Shown here one piece after another: positions 1 to 13,105 of a DNA stretch of 64,000 bases. The DNA is from Tricharina praecox (taxonomy: Eukaryota): the NCBI RefSeq assembly GCF_024521635.1, contig NW_026250427.1:1-64000 (forward strand), in the 5' to 3' direction. Below the pieces are notes generated by a model. That model searched no databases, was not told the origin of the DNA, and worked only from the letters and a program-made list of their open reading frames with translations. Positions within the stretch are counted from its first letter, which is position 1. Every line of letters begins with the position of its first letter. A program made the translations under genes and the position numbers.

Positions 1-870
1 AACCAGGATAGAGTGGTTTTTACTAATAGATTATTAAGAAGTATCTACCTGTTCGGTTAGTCCAGAAGCAGTATGTAGAATTAAAACAGTGTTCCTGCCT
101 GTTCCCCTACCGGTATGAGAGGTTGAAACATAGTGAATCGTTTCGTGATCCGCAGTCTTCGGTCTCCATGTAGAGTAGCATATGGAGGAGGCTTTGTTGT
201 CTGTGATGTTTCCCAAGCTTCAAAGGCCACAGCTACCTGGTACGGTATTACAGGGTCCAGTCCGCAGCTCCACAGCTCCGCCGAGTCCGCCGAGTCTCGA
301 CAGATCATCGATCCGCAATCGCGCCATCAGCATCCGCTTCCGATTCCGCCGTAGGCAGCCACAGCCCAGCGCAGGCAGGGCGCTCGATCGCTAATCGTAG
401 AGGAACAACCGTGTCGGTACATTTGCACATACGGACGTCCATCGATATCGATTTGCCGGAGCGGATTCCCCACATGCCACATGCACACAAAACAAAACCC
501 GCAGTGGGCCAATGCCAGCTGAAGAATCCCGGTCGGTCGGTCGATCGCTTGGATCAACAAACACCACGAAGCCAGCCAGCCACCTCTCGCTGTTACACCA
601 CCTGCAGCAGCAGAAGCAGCAGTATGCGGCGCCAATGCCAATGCCAGCCCGCATGCGACCGACCAGACTCTGCCCGTCGAGGCTTAAGACTCTAAGTCTT
701 TAAGTAGAGCGCGACGGGAAAAAACCCGCGCCCGTTGATTGATCTCCCTGCCTTCACAATCACCTTCGCCCTCGCCTTCATCATCATCATCACCATCACC
801 ATCACCTTCACGAGCCAACGAGCCAACGAACGCAAGAAATTAAACACACACGCCCCCCCATACACACACA

Positions 871-3282
871 ATGCCGCGACCGGATAAAGACTCCCCCGAC
901 TACGCCGCGCACAAAGCGCAGAAGCGCGCCGCGCGAGCCGCCAGGCGGGACGCGGAGGGGGCCGACGGGGCCGAGGAGACCAGACTGGCCGCGCCGCGGG
1001 ACGACAGCAGGCGCGATCGCAGCCGGAGCAGGGGACCGCGGCGCGATGACGACAGGGGCGGGAGCGAGACCGAGCGCGAGGGCGCGCGGCGGCGCGCGAG
1101 GAAGGATGCTGCTGCCGGTGAAAAGACGCGCGAGCGGAGTTATGGCTACGGTGGTGAGCAGGCTGCAGTGGGTGCAGTGGGTGCACTGGGGGTGTACGGC
1201 GGTGCTGGTGGGGCGTTGTCCAATCAGGCGCAGGCAACGCATGCGGCGAATTACTCGTCGTACCCGCCGGATGTGCCCGCGGATTATGGCGTCGGGAAAC
1301 CGCCGCAGGGGGTGGCATACAACCTTAGCTATCCGCCGCCCGAGAACAGCTACGGACATGTACCCTCTCCGCCGCCGCCCCAGCCTGGGACCTACAGTGT
1401 CACTTCGATTGCTGCGCTCCCGCCCACAGCCGGGGGTGTATACGACCATTGCCGCCCCGCCGCCGCCGCAAACGGCCTCTTTCCCGATGTCTGGCCAGGG
1501 AAGACCGGCGTTGCAGTCTACCGTCCCAACTGTTTTCCAGTATCAGACGGGGGGTCCGACGGCGATCGTTCCGTACGGCGGCGATATGCCGCCAAACTTG
1601 GATCCGAACAATCTGACCGGGCCGTTGCCGGGTGAGGGGGCCGGGAAGGTCTATCCTCCCGGACAGGCACCACCACAGTTTGAGAATCCCGACTATTACC
1701 ACCATGTGCTCTCCGACTCCACTACAACGCAGTCGTTGACACAATCTATATCGGCATCGACCGGGATGGGTGCGAATGCTAGTTACACCGAGGGCAATGG
1801 CAAGCCAAACGGAAGCGGCTTCTCCGGCAAGCTGGGAAAGCTCGGGATTCCTTCGTTGTCGAAGCTTTCTCTGTCGCCGGGCGGCGGTAGCAACGGCCAT
1901 AGTGCACACGCAGCGGGAACTCTGCCACCACCCTCACCCGCCTTGCTGCCCTATCACGGAACATACCAGTCCATCTCGCCCATGCCGTCGCCTGTCTTCG
2001 CCGCCCAGCCTAACTCGCTGATCTCCGCCTCGGGATCCATCGGTATAGGAAAGCACCAGGCATCCGGCTCCTTCTCCATTGGCCCACCGGCATTCGCTAA
2101 GCCATCACTGAGCTTCCACGGCCGACCCAGCTACGAAGGTGAAGGCCACAGCCAATCCAACAACCAGCCCAACACGCCCCAAACAGCAGACCCGTAATGA
2201 TAGCCTCCCCCTATGTCGCCCCCTCCCGCGCCAGCTCCCCATCTCCCGAGCGCACATACAACCCCGCCTCAGACGCGAAAGCAATCCTCGACGAGCTCCG
2301 ACACACATTCACGCGACCCTCGCCGCAGCCACTAATAGAAATCCTGCCGACTCTGACGCCGCAGCAGCTCAAATCGCTGCGCAAAGAATACAAGACGCTC
2401 TACCGGGGCGTAAACCTAGCCAAGCACATAAAATCCGTTTTCACGACGTCCACGCCCTTCGGCAAAATCATCTTCGCCGTAGCCCTGGGGCCCTACGAGA
2501 GCGAAGCGTGGTTTTCGAACGGCTGGTACCAGAAAAAGGAGACGCGCAACGAGCTGCTGATCGAAGCGCTAATGGGCAAATCCAACGCCGAGACGGAAGC
2601 GATCAAGGCATGCTTCAAGGACGCCAAATACGACTCGTCGCTCGAGAAAGCAGTCGCCGAGGAGCTGCCCGCCAACAAGTTCCGCGTCGCGGTGATGGCG
2701 CAGCTCTCCTGCGGCCGCATGGACGAGTCCGCGCCGTTCGTAGAAGCGGGCGTCCATGAGGACGTTAAAAGACTTGGCACGATCCTGGAGCGCACTAATG
2801 GCGCCGCGGGTGGTGAAACCGAAATGGTCGGGATTATTGTTAACCGCTCCGATCGATGGCTCCTCGCCGTCGCCCAGCTGTATAGACAGGTCTATCAGCG
2901 CGACTTGGCGAAGGCTGTCATGAAGCACTCCAAGAACCTTGTGGTAGCTACCCCCCCTTCCCCCAACCCCCCACCCCCCCCCGCGCCCCCGCTCACACAT
3001 GCACACACAGGGCGAAACACTCCTCCACATTCTCTCAGGCGTCACAGACCGGCCTTTGCGCGACGCGAAGCTTTTGCAGCAAGCGCTGGTAGCGGTAGTG
3101 GAGCAGAGCCGCGAGGACCTGCTGATCTCGCGCGCCACAAGGATCCATTGGGACCCGAGACACCTAAGAAGGGTCAAGAAGGTCTTCAAGAAGAAGTATG
3201 GCGGTCTGTCGGTGCGAAGGTCGTCGAGGTCGCCAAAGGGAGCTTTAGGGAGTTTTTGCTGAGGATGTTGAGGGAGGATTAG
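871..3282 (+). CDS. Fungal annexin (ANXC4-like) with long Pro/Gly-rich N-terminus; three apparent single-base frameshifts
   Basis: Annexin-like repeats: YNPASDAKAILDEL..PLIEILPTLTPQQLKSLRKEYK, ELLIEALMGKSNAETEAIKACFK, REDLLISRATRIHWD..KKKYG. Reading frame moves at ~1425 (extra C), ~2192 (missing C) and ~3200 (missing G). Intron 2944-3010. Confidence 0.75.
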
Positions 3283-3619
3283 GGGTGGGGGAAGGGGGCG
3301 CGGGCGGGGGGGGGTTGTTGTACACTTTTTTGGTTATAGGATGGGGTTTAATGGATGGGTATGGGGACGGTCTACGGTATGGCTATGGATGGGTGAACCA
3401 AACTCACGGTGATTCGCTGGAACTGGTCCACGGGAACATGAACAGACTACTACTAGGAAAAGGTGATCGGTCATTTGAGGTCACTCGTGATATCATTGAT
3501 TCAGTCTATCTCAAGAAGCTAGTACAAACGCCCAACCCATGACAATGCGCCAAACAACTGTGCAGCCATCCTACTGACAGAAGTGAATGAAATGAGAGAA
3601 ATGGTAAGAAATGTTAACC

Positions 3620-5310
3620 TCAAATGCGCAGAAGCCTGGAGTGCAACAACATATTAGCTCGGTACCTATCCGGGAATGGGATGGGATGGGATGAGAGGCC
3701 ATATACGTACCAAAAGATCTCGTCCTTGACCCGTTTACCAGGAAGCCCACTGGTTCTCCTCGTTATTGTCCTTCGAAGATCCACCGGCCGTGGTGTGGGC
3801 GGTTGGGCGTCCGCACCTGCCGCTCTTGATGCTGGATCAGCGCCGAGGGGGCGTTGAATTCCCTCTTGCAGGCGGGGCAGCTACGTAGTTACACAACATA
3901 TCAGCTTCAATTCTAGCCGTCGGGGAAGGGGGGGATGGGATGGACGGGATGGGGGGTTCATACACAGCCTTGCGACGGGTATGTGCGGGGCCCTCCAGGT
4001 GCTGCCACAAGCCGTTGTACGTATTCATCTTGCTGCCGCACGGGCAAATGTACTTTCCGTGAACCTGGTTGAAGTACTTGTACATCTCGTGGTGGGCGAT
4101 GCCGAGATCGTTGGCGGCTCTGTTGCTGGCGGTGCTGGTGGTGTCGACCCTGTTGCGGGCGTGGTGCGTGAGGAAGCCGCCGCCGCTGCCACCGCCACCG
4201 CCTACTTCTCCCTGCGTCTTAATCCACTGCATGGATGCGCGCTAAGCGGCACGTCTGGCGCGGTGGTTCGGGGGGCGGTTCGGGGGGTGGTTCGGCGTGG
4301 AGAAGCCTACGATGGCCCGAGTGGAATAGCTGTTGCTTCTGTGATGCGTGGGGATGCTACCGCCGCCCACAACTCCTTGCGTGCTCATCGGCGGCTTCAA
4401 TGCGCGCTGAGAGGCAAGTCTGTTGCTTCTGCTGCGGTTGTTGTTCTGGGTGGGAAACCTCCGCCGGGCAAATCTCCGAGAGTGGTCATCGCCTGATGGA
4501 CTCCGGGCCGAGAGCCATGGTGGTTATTCTGGTTGTAGTTCTGCGTGGGGAACTTTCCAGTGGCCTGAGTGGAATAGCTGTTGCTTCTGTGGTGCGTGGG
4601 AAAGCCGTCGCCGCCCATATCTCTCTGCGTGATCGTCGGTGGCTGGACTGAGCGCTGAGAGGCATGGATGTTGTCCTGGGTGGGGAAACCATCGTCGTCC
4701 ATAGCTCTGAGATCCTCACCCACTGTTGGACTGCTCCGGGTCTCATGGCATGGTCCGTTCTGGTGCATCGAGTCTCCGTGGGCCATTCCTCCCCTGCAGT
4801 TCTTCTCCGAGTGCATTGTGAGCCCGTTTTTGCTGCCTTCAAGGTCTGTCGGCAACACAAAGTAGGTCACATATTCGATGGGCTTGTTTACCTGCGGCTT
4901 GGTCAACAACACCACTCGGGTCCACACCGCGCATCAGCAAGCAAGCAACATACCCGATCCGCATGAATCGCCAATCCGCGCTGACTCTTGAAGTCCTTGT
5001 ACAGATGTGACAAGTGAAATGCCCACGACTGAGAACGCGGTGCTTGCAATGCTCCTCCCACGAACGAAAGTCGATATTGTTGGCAGCCGACAGTACGCAT
5101 GGTCGTCGGCGCTCTCTTTGTGGCTCCTCATCTGGTCCTCATTACGGAACACCTTGATACATATAGGGTCACTTGACGGAAGGTGAGGGATTCACAACCA
5201 CCTCCCCCTCCTCCAGGTCGGAAAGAGTAGCACGGACTGTAGTTACCGCTGCGGGTTAATTTCGGTTGCGGAATGGGAGCTTGTGGGAGCTATGTACTTA
5301 CGCGGGGCAT
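3620..5310 (-). CDS. Multi-C2H2 zinc-finger protein, broken by many indels (assembly errors or pseudogene)
   Basis: Pieces across frames: PICIKVFRNEDQMRSHKESADDHAYCRL, HFTCHIC/YKDFKSQRGLAIH, YICPCGSKMNTYNGLWQHLEGPAH, CPACKREFNA/SALIQH. ATG at 5310 is followed by a GTAAGT donor. Boundaries approximate. Confidence 0.65.
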
Positions 5311-5429
5311 GGTACCAACCTTCGTTACTGGTTGGGCTTCCTTTGCTTTAACTCTGGTTGATTTTTGACCGGCATACCTTGGTTGGTGAAGTTGAGGGTA
5401 GGTTGTGAGATGGCGGAGGGAACACCGGG

Positions 5430-5701
<272 letters not shown>

Positions 5702-5959
5702 GTGCGGTTGCTGTTCTGGATCCTGATAGAACCCGACCTTGTTTCTTTCTCTCCGACTTGGAGGTGATAGAACCCGCTGTGTTTATTTGGCCGACAGTCA
5801 CGTGGGCTGCCCGAGCCGAATCGGGTATTCACCAATTGTGTGTAGAACAGAGGTGCCAAGATAATTCAAAAGCCCCGAAAACACCTTGTATGTTGGGGAC
5901 ATCTAAAACCGGAGTGTTTCACTCCCGTTTTGACGTTCGGTTAGTTAACACCTAATTTT

Positions 5960-6840
5960 AAAACGGCTTTTTACCCTCGTGGACCCCTCCGGCGCTGAAA
6001 TAGCGCCCATGTAACCCCCCTATCCTCGATGTACCCCACACAAATTTTATAATTAGAGTACGGTAATTGTTTACCACAACAAAACAGATTTATTCCTCCA
6101 CCACCACCAAAACCAGATTTTAGTTCAATTAAAGTATGTATTTTTTTGTCACTGTACGGCAATTCTTCACCACAACAAAACAGATTTATTTCTCCACCAC
6201 TAAAAGCCAGATTGTAGTTCTACCCACCAGAACCACGTATGTAGCAGCGTTTTTTTCTTTTTCCGGGTTTTCAGTAATTGCTTACCTGTGTGGCTGCCTA
6301 CATTTGGGCGCATAGTGACCAACACCACTGCAGATGCTACAGCGTGGCGGAGGTTATTAGACACGTCCGGCAGACTAGATCCACCATTGCTAGGAGTGTA
6401 CCCCTTCCTCCGCATGTCGCCCTTCTGTACTCGCTTTTTTGCCGGTCTACCCCGCGGTATCTTGGTCAATGGTGGCTTGCAGGATTGAAGCTGAAGTCGG
6501 TTCTCTCTAGTCTCTTCTGCCTGGCGCGGAGAGTCTGAGCCCGAGTCCTCCTTGATGATTTTGTTGAAGCCCTCCCAGTCGAACGGTGTCACAGCCGCTT
6601 TGTAGATTTCGGCCCATTTGCCATAAGAAAGGGCCTCTATTTTGTTGTGGTGAAGAATTGCCGTACTTTAATTGAACTAAAATCTGGTTTATGGTGGTGG
6701 TGGAGGAGTAAATCTGTTTTGTTGCGGTAAACAATTACCGTACTTTAATTATAAATTTTGCGTGGGGTACATCGAGGATAGGGGGGTACATGGGCGCTAT
6801 TTCAGCGCCGGAGGGGTGCACGAGGGTAAAAAGCCGTTTT
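5960..6840 (-). mobile_element. Non-autonomous Mutator-like (MULE) DNA transposon, internal-deletion derivative
   Basis: Near-identical inverted repeats 5960-6136 and 6664-6840 (AAAACGGCTTTTTACCCTCGTG...), with a subterminal subrepeat. The interior encodes a MULE-transposase-like C-terminus on the minus strand: PPLTKIPRGRPAKKR, then after a frameshift PRCSICSGVGHYAPKC (CCHC knuckle). Confidence 0.8.
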
Positions 6841-7727
6841 TTTTAAAAAAAAAAAGCTCTGTACAGTGATAGAGAAGAGGCAGGAGATGATTTATACAGC
6901 GCCCTTTTTTTAAAAAAAACGTTGTGGTTGAGTGGCAACCAAAATTAAAAATAAATAGACGAAAAAAGATTTAGTATGGAGAGGCCCTGGGAATGTCCAG
7001 CAGCTGAACAGCCACAATGCCCGATTGGGCAGTCTTGCAACACCCAGTTGCCCGATTGGGACGTCTTGGCACCACAACATGGTGGCTAATTGCCGTGATA
7101 AAGGATATTTTGTACATAAATGGAAACTAATTACCTACAATCTACTACAATTCTGACTTATCGCTAACCTGTTGATGAGCTTTGTACATCTGCGCTTTGG
7201 AAAATGGGCAAGAACTGGCCGAGAAATTGTGATATTCGTTCCCGGCGGGGTTGTCGAGCGCTGAAGCGCTAGAGCTCTAGAGTAGGCTGCGGAAGCGCGG
7301 TCAATGGTATTAGTGACAGACCTGTTGAAGAATAGAACCAATAGAATGCGCGTGCTCATGCGATCCAGAAGAGTGTTTTATCGAAGAAAACGGGCAAGAA
7401 CTGGCCGAAATATTGTGATTTTCGGTCTCTGCGGGGCCATGGAGCGTGAGAAAATAAAATAAATAAATGCTAGTATATTACCGCATTTGGATTTTAATTC
7501 CCCCGATCCGAATGTTCACTTACTCCGGCACTAGATGTCCCCTGAGGCTTCAGCCCTATGTGCACTCTAATCTATAGAGTGATGTGATAAAGTTTAGCTA
7601 GTGCACATGTCGATCACCAATTAGGGTTGTCGGCAACATCCTACTTCTACATCCCGCTTCAACCGTATTTCAACTCCATCCAATAACATCCACCCAACGC
7701 CAAGAAAGAAAACAGCGACAAAACACC

Positions 7728-10061
7728 ATGGACATCCCCCTTCCACCGTCGGAAGACGGTTCGCCCCCTCCTCCCGATATTCCATATCTGGTATTTGAAC
7801 CACCTCTTCAGATCCAGAGACAGCGTGCCATCCACGACATTCTGCGCTCAATTGCTGCCACTCCGCGGTTCGCAGGAAACATCCCCAGGCTTCTTGACGT
7901 TGGCTGCGGCGAAGCAACCTTCATCCGTCGTTTGGTCCCGTGTGAAGACGAGTTGCCTCTGGGGCAGATGACAGGTGTCGACATCGATGACGAAGTTGCG
8001 CAGAGCAAGAGTTGGATGTTTCTAGAACAGCCGTTTGGGGACGAAGAGGACAGATGGCGTGGTCTCGACATTAGGCTGCTTCAAGGAAGTTTCGAAGCGC
8101 TGCGGATCGAGGACGTCGGCTACCATGAGGTGATTGTCTCTGCCGAAGGTGGGCGCAACCTAATTTCCCCGCAATCGAAAGGGTACATAGAAACTAACGA
8201 GGAGTGTCTAGTACTTGAACATCTCGACCCTGGCCCACGCTCGCAGTTTGCACCAACTCTGCTGGGAAAGCTGAAACCGAAGGTTTGCATCGTCACCACG
8301 CCGAATAGAGAGTTCAATGCGCTCTTCGACTTCTTGTCGAACCTGGATCCCAACGCGCCGGCGGCTGAGAGGTACCGTCGCGACGGGGTCCCATATCTCA
8401 TGAGGCACCACGACCATCGCTTCGAGTGGACGAGACAGGATTTCAGATCCTGGGCGTTGCAGGCGGCCGAGGAGTTCGGGTACGATGTACAGTTCTGTGG
8501 TGTGGGTGGTCTCGGAAGGGGGATGGGAGAGGTGGGCGGGGAGAATGCTACCGACGTGCTGCGGGAGGCGGCCGAGGCTTGTGGAAGCCCTGATTCGTTC
8601 CTGAAGGGAACGGATAAATGGGGAGAACTGAAGGGGATTGTCTGCGACGTCGATGACGACGACAAGGGAGTGGACATCCTTCGGAAGGCCTTTGGGGATT
8701 GCTCGCAGATCGCAGTTTTCGTCTTGAAACCACAGGAGGAGTCGGACAGCGACATCAACGCGCCGTACACGGCTTGCAGTGACGGACTGAAACTGGTGCA
8801 GCATCACTCTTATCAGTACACGACTGAGGAGTTCCCGCCGTCACTCGAAACAGTCCTTAGACTACTGATGAGTGAACGGCTTTTGCACCTCATCCCGGAG
8901 CTCATCCGAGAAGAATGGACCAGAGACGACAGCGAAATTCAGAAGGATATGTTTCTCCGTAAGAAATATGGGAATTCATTCAATCCTAGGGAGAACGTGT
9001 GGGACAAACAAGATTGGAGGAAGCTCCGCTGCGAGGCCCTGCGGGAGACGGAACGGATTTTTGCGAGCCTTGGTGGCAGGGTCTGGGAGGTCAAATGTGT
9101 CGAGATAATCCTGGACGCTTCCAAGTTGTGGGAGGGGTCATTCAAGCTGCGCAGAGCTTGCCATTTCAGACCCGAGGCATTTGTGGATGTCATGCGCAGC
9201 ATCAAGGCGACGGAGAAGAGTGAGCTCCCTAGTTCTCTGTTGAGACGAAACTAGCTAACCATGTTTGCAGCACCGGAAGTCCTCGTAGAAAACACCAAGA
9301 TGAAAGTGGAGCTCAGCCAGGAGGACGACAAAACCGTCGTTACGGCCAGCTTTCCGGCCAAGAGAAGACCCATCCCCAAAGAGCCCTGGGCAGAGCCGGT
9401 AAAGCTGGAGCGTGTCATCTTCGACGAAGACACCAACGACTACGGATCCTACGAAGAAGTCGACGAGTTTGACGACGAATTTGACGAATTTGAACTCGCG
9501 GACGAGCCGGATGTATTTGATGATGACGAATACGCTGGATCTTCCAATGGCGATGCCGATAGGATCGTTCTTCCCAAGCCCAAGAACCCGGAGTTCCGTT
9601 TGCCTTCCCCGGTGAAACGCTCCAGCTCCAGCTCCCCCTCGGAATCAGTCCTCTCGGGCCACCCAGGTGAATTCGATACCGTCATTGAATGGGTCGCTCA
9701 CACCGAAGGCCCCCGTCCCGAGTTGTGTCTACCGCAGTCGGCGGAGGTAGAGGGAACTCTGGAAATACCCGGCGAAAAACACATTGGCCAGCTGTTTAGA
9801 GTCAGATTCATGGGACCTAAGCGGGAGATTGAGAGTTTCGACGATGATGGTGAGGATGGTGAACCCATATTCAAGGAGAAGAAGGAGATAAAAGGGGTGG
9901 GAAGTTGGTGGGAGGCGGAGTTGGAGAAAACCCCCGAGATGGAGCTTATGCCTGGTTATTACAAGGAGGAGGAGGAGGAGGCAACCCCCGAGGTGGCGCT
10001 TATGCCCGGTCATGACGAGGGGGAGCTGCTGGGAAGATATTTTCTGACATATCTAAGATGA
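7728..10061 (+). CDS. HEN1: Hen1-family small RNA 3'-terminal 2'-O-methyltransferase with acidic C-terminal extension
   Basis: FEPPLQIQR motif, SAM motif LLDVGCGE, GVDID, spliced EVLEH, IVTTPNREFN, RHHDHRFEWTRQDFRSWA, GYDVQFCGVG. Introns 8149-8211 and 9220-9270 keep the frame. Confidence 0.92.
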
Positions 10062-10839
10062 CCGCTCCATCGATCTACTGATTTTCCGTAGCTTCGGTGA
10101 TACTCCGATCTGAAGCTAGAATTCATAGATTTACTTCCTCTTACCTAGATGATACGCTTTTTTCAATTCGGTTTTACATTTCCGGATTCATGAACACATA
10201 ATGTTTTAGACCCTAAAATGAAGATCCTGTGAATTTTGTGCGGAATTCGTACCCAACAAATAGTGGCGCGATGATTGGTTGGGTGGGTTTCGTTCACCAA
10301 TATTGGGTGCTTAAAGCAAGCACTTGAAGTATTCACATGATGTGCCCCCAGTTTCTGGCAATCACAGTTTGTCACTCGCGAATTTTGTGACCCAGCGGGA
10401 AATCTGAAAACTCGGCGATTCGTCAGATTAACTACGCATTGACGTCTGCACTCCTCAACATGAAGTGATTATCCAGACCCAAATATCGTCTCGGAAGATG
10501 GTTGTCCCTGTAAGTAGTACTAGGTAGACAAATTCTAGTAGGGCTTAGGGTATACCTAGTAGAGTTTCTTTCAGCCGCCAGCCATGACGTTATTACCCGG
10601 CGGCCTCGCATCATAGAAGAGCTGCAGATGCATATCCGAAACAGGACACCTTACCTGATCCCAATCACGACCTCCAGTTCAACTCCCCAAGACCGATTAT
10701 CCATCCTTCCTGCTCCCCCGTGCTGCAACGTCGAGCAGCTAAGCACCAACCAGAACCCGACCTAAACGTCATCGTTAGCCGACAAGGCACCATCTAGTCA
10801 GCAACCGTGAGGTAGCTCAAGCCTAGCTCATTACATAGC

Positions 10840-11865
10840 ATGGCGAGCAGCTCGGAAACTCCAACCTACAACAAAAAGTCGCCGACGATAAAGCGGATTC
10901 GTATGCACCCGCACGCGCACTCCCGGCCAGGGACACAGTTACTTACTTAACGCTGCACAGTGCGCGAAGCCGCCGAATTAGCGAACTCGCCGTCGCCGGA
11001 CTACTTTGCGGCACCGCTCGAGAACAACCTGTTCGAATGGCACTTCACGATGCGCGGGCCGCCGGAGTCCCCCTACGCGAACGGGATCTACCACGGCCGG
11101 ATAAACCTGCCCTCCGCCTACCCCATGCGCCCCCCGTCGTTTAGGTTCCTCTCGCCCAGCGGACGCTTCGAGGTCAACCGTGAGATCTGTCTGAGCATCT
11201 CGGACCACCATGAGGATACGTGGCTGCCGGCGTGGGGGGTGCGGACGGCGGTGGTCGCGCTACGTGGGTTCATGGAGAGTGAGCCTCAAGGACAGGTCGG
11301 TGCGCTGGAGTGCAGTGACGACCAGCGGAGGAAGATTGCCGAGACGAGCGGGGAGTGGAAGTGTGAGACGTGCGGAAAGAGCAGTGTCGAGATCCTGAAG
11401 GAGAGCGAAGCGGCGGCCAAGGAAATGGGATTGGATGCGAAGGTGGAGGAAGAAACTCCAGCTGAGCTCAAGATCGGTTTCAAGGTCAAGAAGGAGGAGG
11501 GTGAAGGGGCTCAGGGCGGCACAAACGGCGATGGGCCGGCGGCAGATGCAACTCCTACCCCAACCCAGCCGGCGGTGCCACAGCAGCAGCCGTCGCAGCC
11601 ACAGCCACAGCCGCAACCACAACCGCAACCGCAACAAGCCCCACCACCTATGAACGGACATCTTCCGCCCGGCAGAGAGCAGAACGGAGTACCCGCACAC
11701 CTGCAAGGAGCATTACCGCCATATCTAGATCCGCGCTTTGCACCCCCGCTGCAGCAGCAAGCACGTGAAGAGACATTCTGGCTGGACCGGATCATTTTTG
11801 CGTTGGTCGTGCTGTTGACTGCAATCCTCCTTAAGAGGTTCCTGGGTTTGCCGAGTGTATACTAG
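10840..11865 (+). CDS. Tail-anchored ubiquitin-conjugating enzyme E2 (Ubc6/UBE2J1-like)
   Basis: SPTIKRILREAAEL, NLFEWHFTMRGPPESPYANGIYHGRI, PSGRFEVNREICLSISDHH (catalytic Cys), C-terminal TM WLDRIIFALVVLLTAILLKRF. Intron 10901-10960. Confidence 0.92.
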
Positions 11866-12258
11866 ATGAACCATCTTCCTGTTTAATTGCTTCTGTCTTT
11901 TTGTTCTGGGTTGGTTTTCGATGCTTCGGCGTTTGAGTCGGTCTACTCTAAATTTGAACATCTGGTTTGTGTTATTGGGAATTGTTTGCACCGCTTGATT
12001 GTTATTGCATGTACCCGGGGCAGTGTGAGTGGTCTCGCACGATAGGGACTGGATCGAGGGCTAGTATTCATCCAGGTCCCACTTAACTACCTGCGGGGCA
12101 TCGTCTCCATTTGAAATCAACTTACCAGGTTGCTGATTAGTAATTCATCCATCACTCGCAGCACTGTACATTGTACAGGTATGTAACTGTGAAGCAAGAT
12201 AAGATAAACTACGATACGATCCATCCGCCCCATCCCACAATACGAACAATCCCAAGCA

Positions 12259-12883
12259 ATGTCCCCGCCCGCCATACCGTCCCGCGAGGAAATCCACCAA
12301 TGGCTTCTTGACGTCCACCTTCCCCACCCACGGCCTCTATTCCACCAGCTAACCAGCTAACGTGGAGCAGTTCCACTCGACCAGCGCCGCCCTCGACGCA
12401 GAGAATTACGTCGACAAGTTCTTCACGCCCACGGCGACGATCCACTTCGGCAACCTGCCACCCGTGAGTGGGCGCGAGAACATCCTCGCCGTGGGTTTCC
12501 CCCGTCCCCTCCCCCCATCATCCCTCCCCTATCCGTCCCCAGGTCATTCCTGAGTCCCTCCTTCCAAACGTTATTAACACGAGCAGATGTTCACGCAAAC
12601 CTTTGCCGCACTCGACTCGATGGAGCACGAGGTAGTGCACTTCGATATCGTCCCTGGCACTGGCAGGGTATACCAGGCGGCCGATATCACGTACGTCGTC
12701 AAGGGGGATCCGAAGAGGGAGGTGTTTACGGTCCGTGGGTTGGCCGTGTGTGATTGGCCCGAGGAGGCGGAGGGGGAGGGCGGGGTGATGAGGGCACAGC
12801 GAATGCAGATCTTTTTGGATCCGTCGGCGGTGTTTGCGAGAATGGGTGAGGTGGCTGCGGCGAGGGCGGGAGCGGGGGTGTAG
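12259..12883 (+). CDS. SnoaL-like / NTF2-fold small protein
   Basis: Exons 12259-12312, 12371-12490, 12587-12883 join in frame; FTPTATIHFGNLPPVSGRENILAMFTQTFAALDSMEHEV is typical of SnoaL-like domains. Confidence 0.75.
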
Positions 12884-13105
12884 GGAGTGGATGGGTGGGA
12901 TTGGGGACCACAGAGTAATAGCACGCGTATGTCACAGTGGGGAAGGAAGGTTGGAAGGTATGGCTGGCTGTTACGACATGTATGTACCTACAATATCACC
13001 ATTACAAGAAGAAGTCGTTAAGAAAAAAAAGAGATTTATTTGGTATCTCGTACTTTTAAAAACAAAAAAGGAACTCACCCGCAACGCAATCCCACCCCCT
13101 AGGGC

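Noticed and set aside
1400..2200. Programmed ribosomal frameshifting or stop/start reinitiation (TAATG at 2195-2199) in the annexin gene
   Set aside because: Single-base homopolymer corrections restore one ORF, and the neighbouring gene has the same indel pattern, so sequencing error is more parsimonious.
10336..10410. ATGATG...CTGA as a possible C/D snoRNA
   Set aside because: No recognisable rRNA complementarity, no clear terminal stem, and not intronic.
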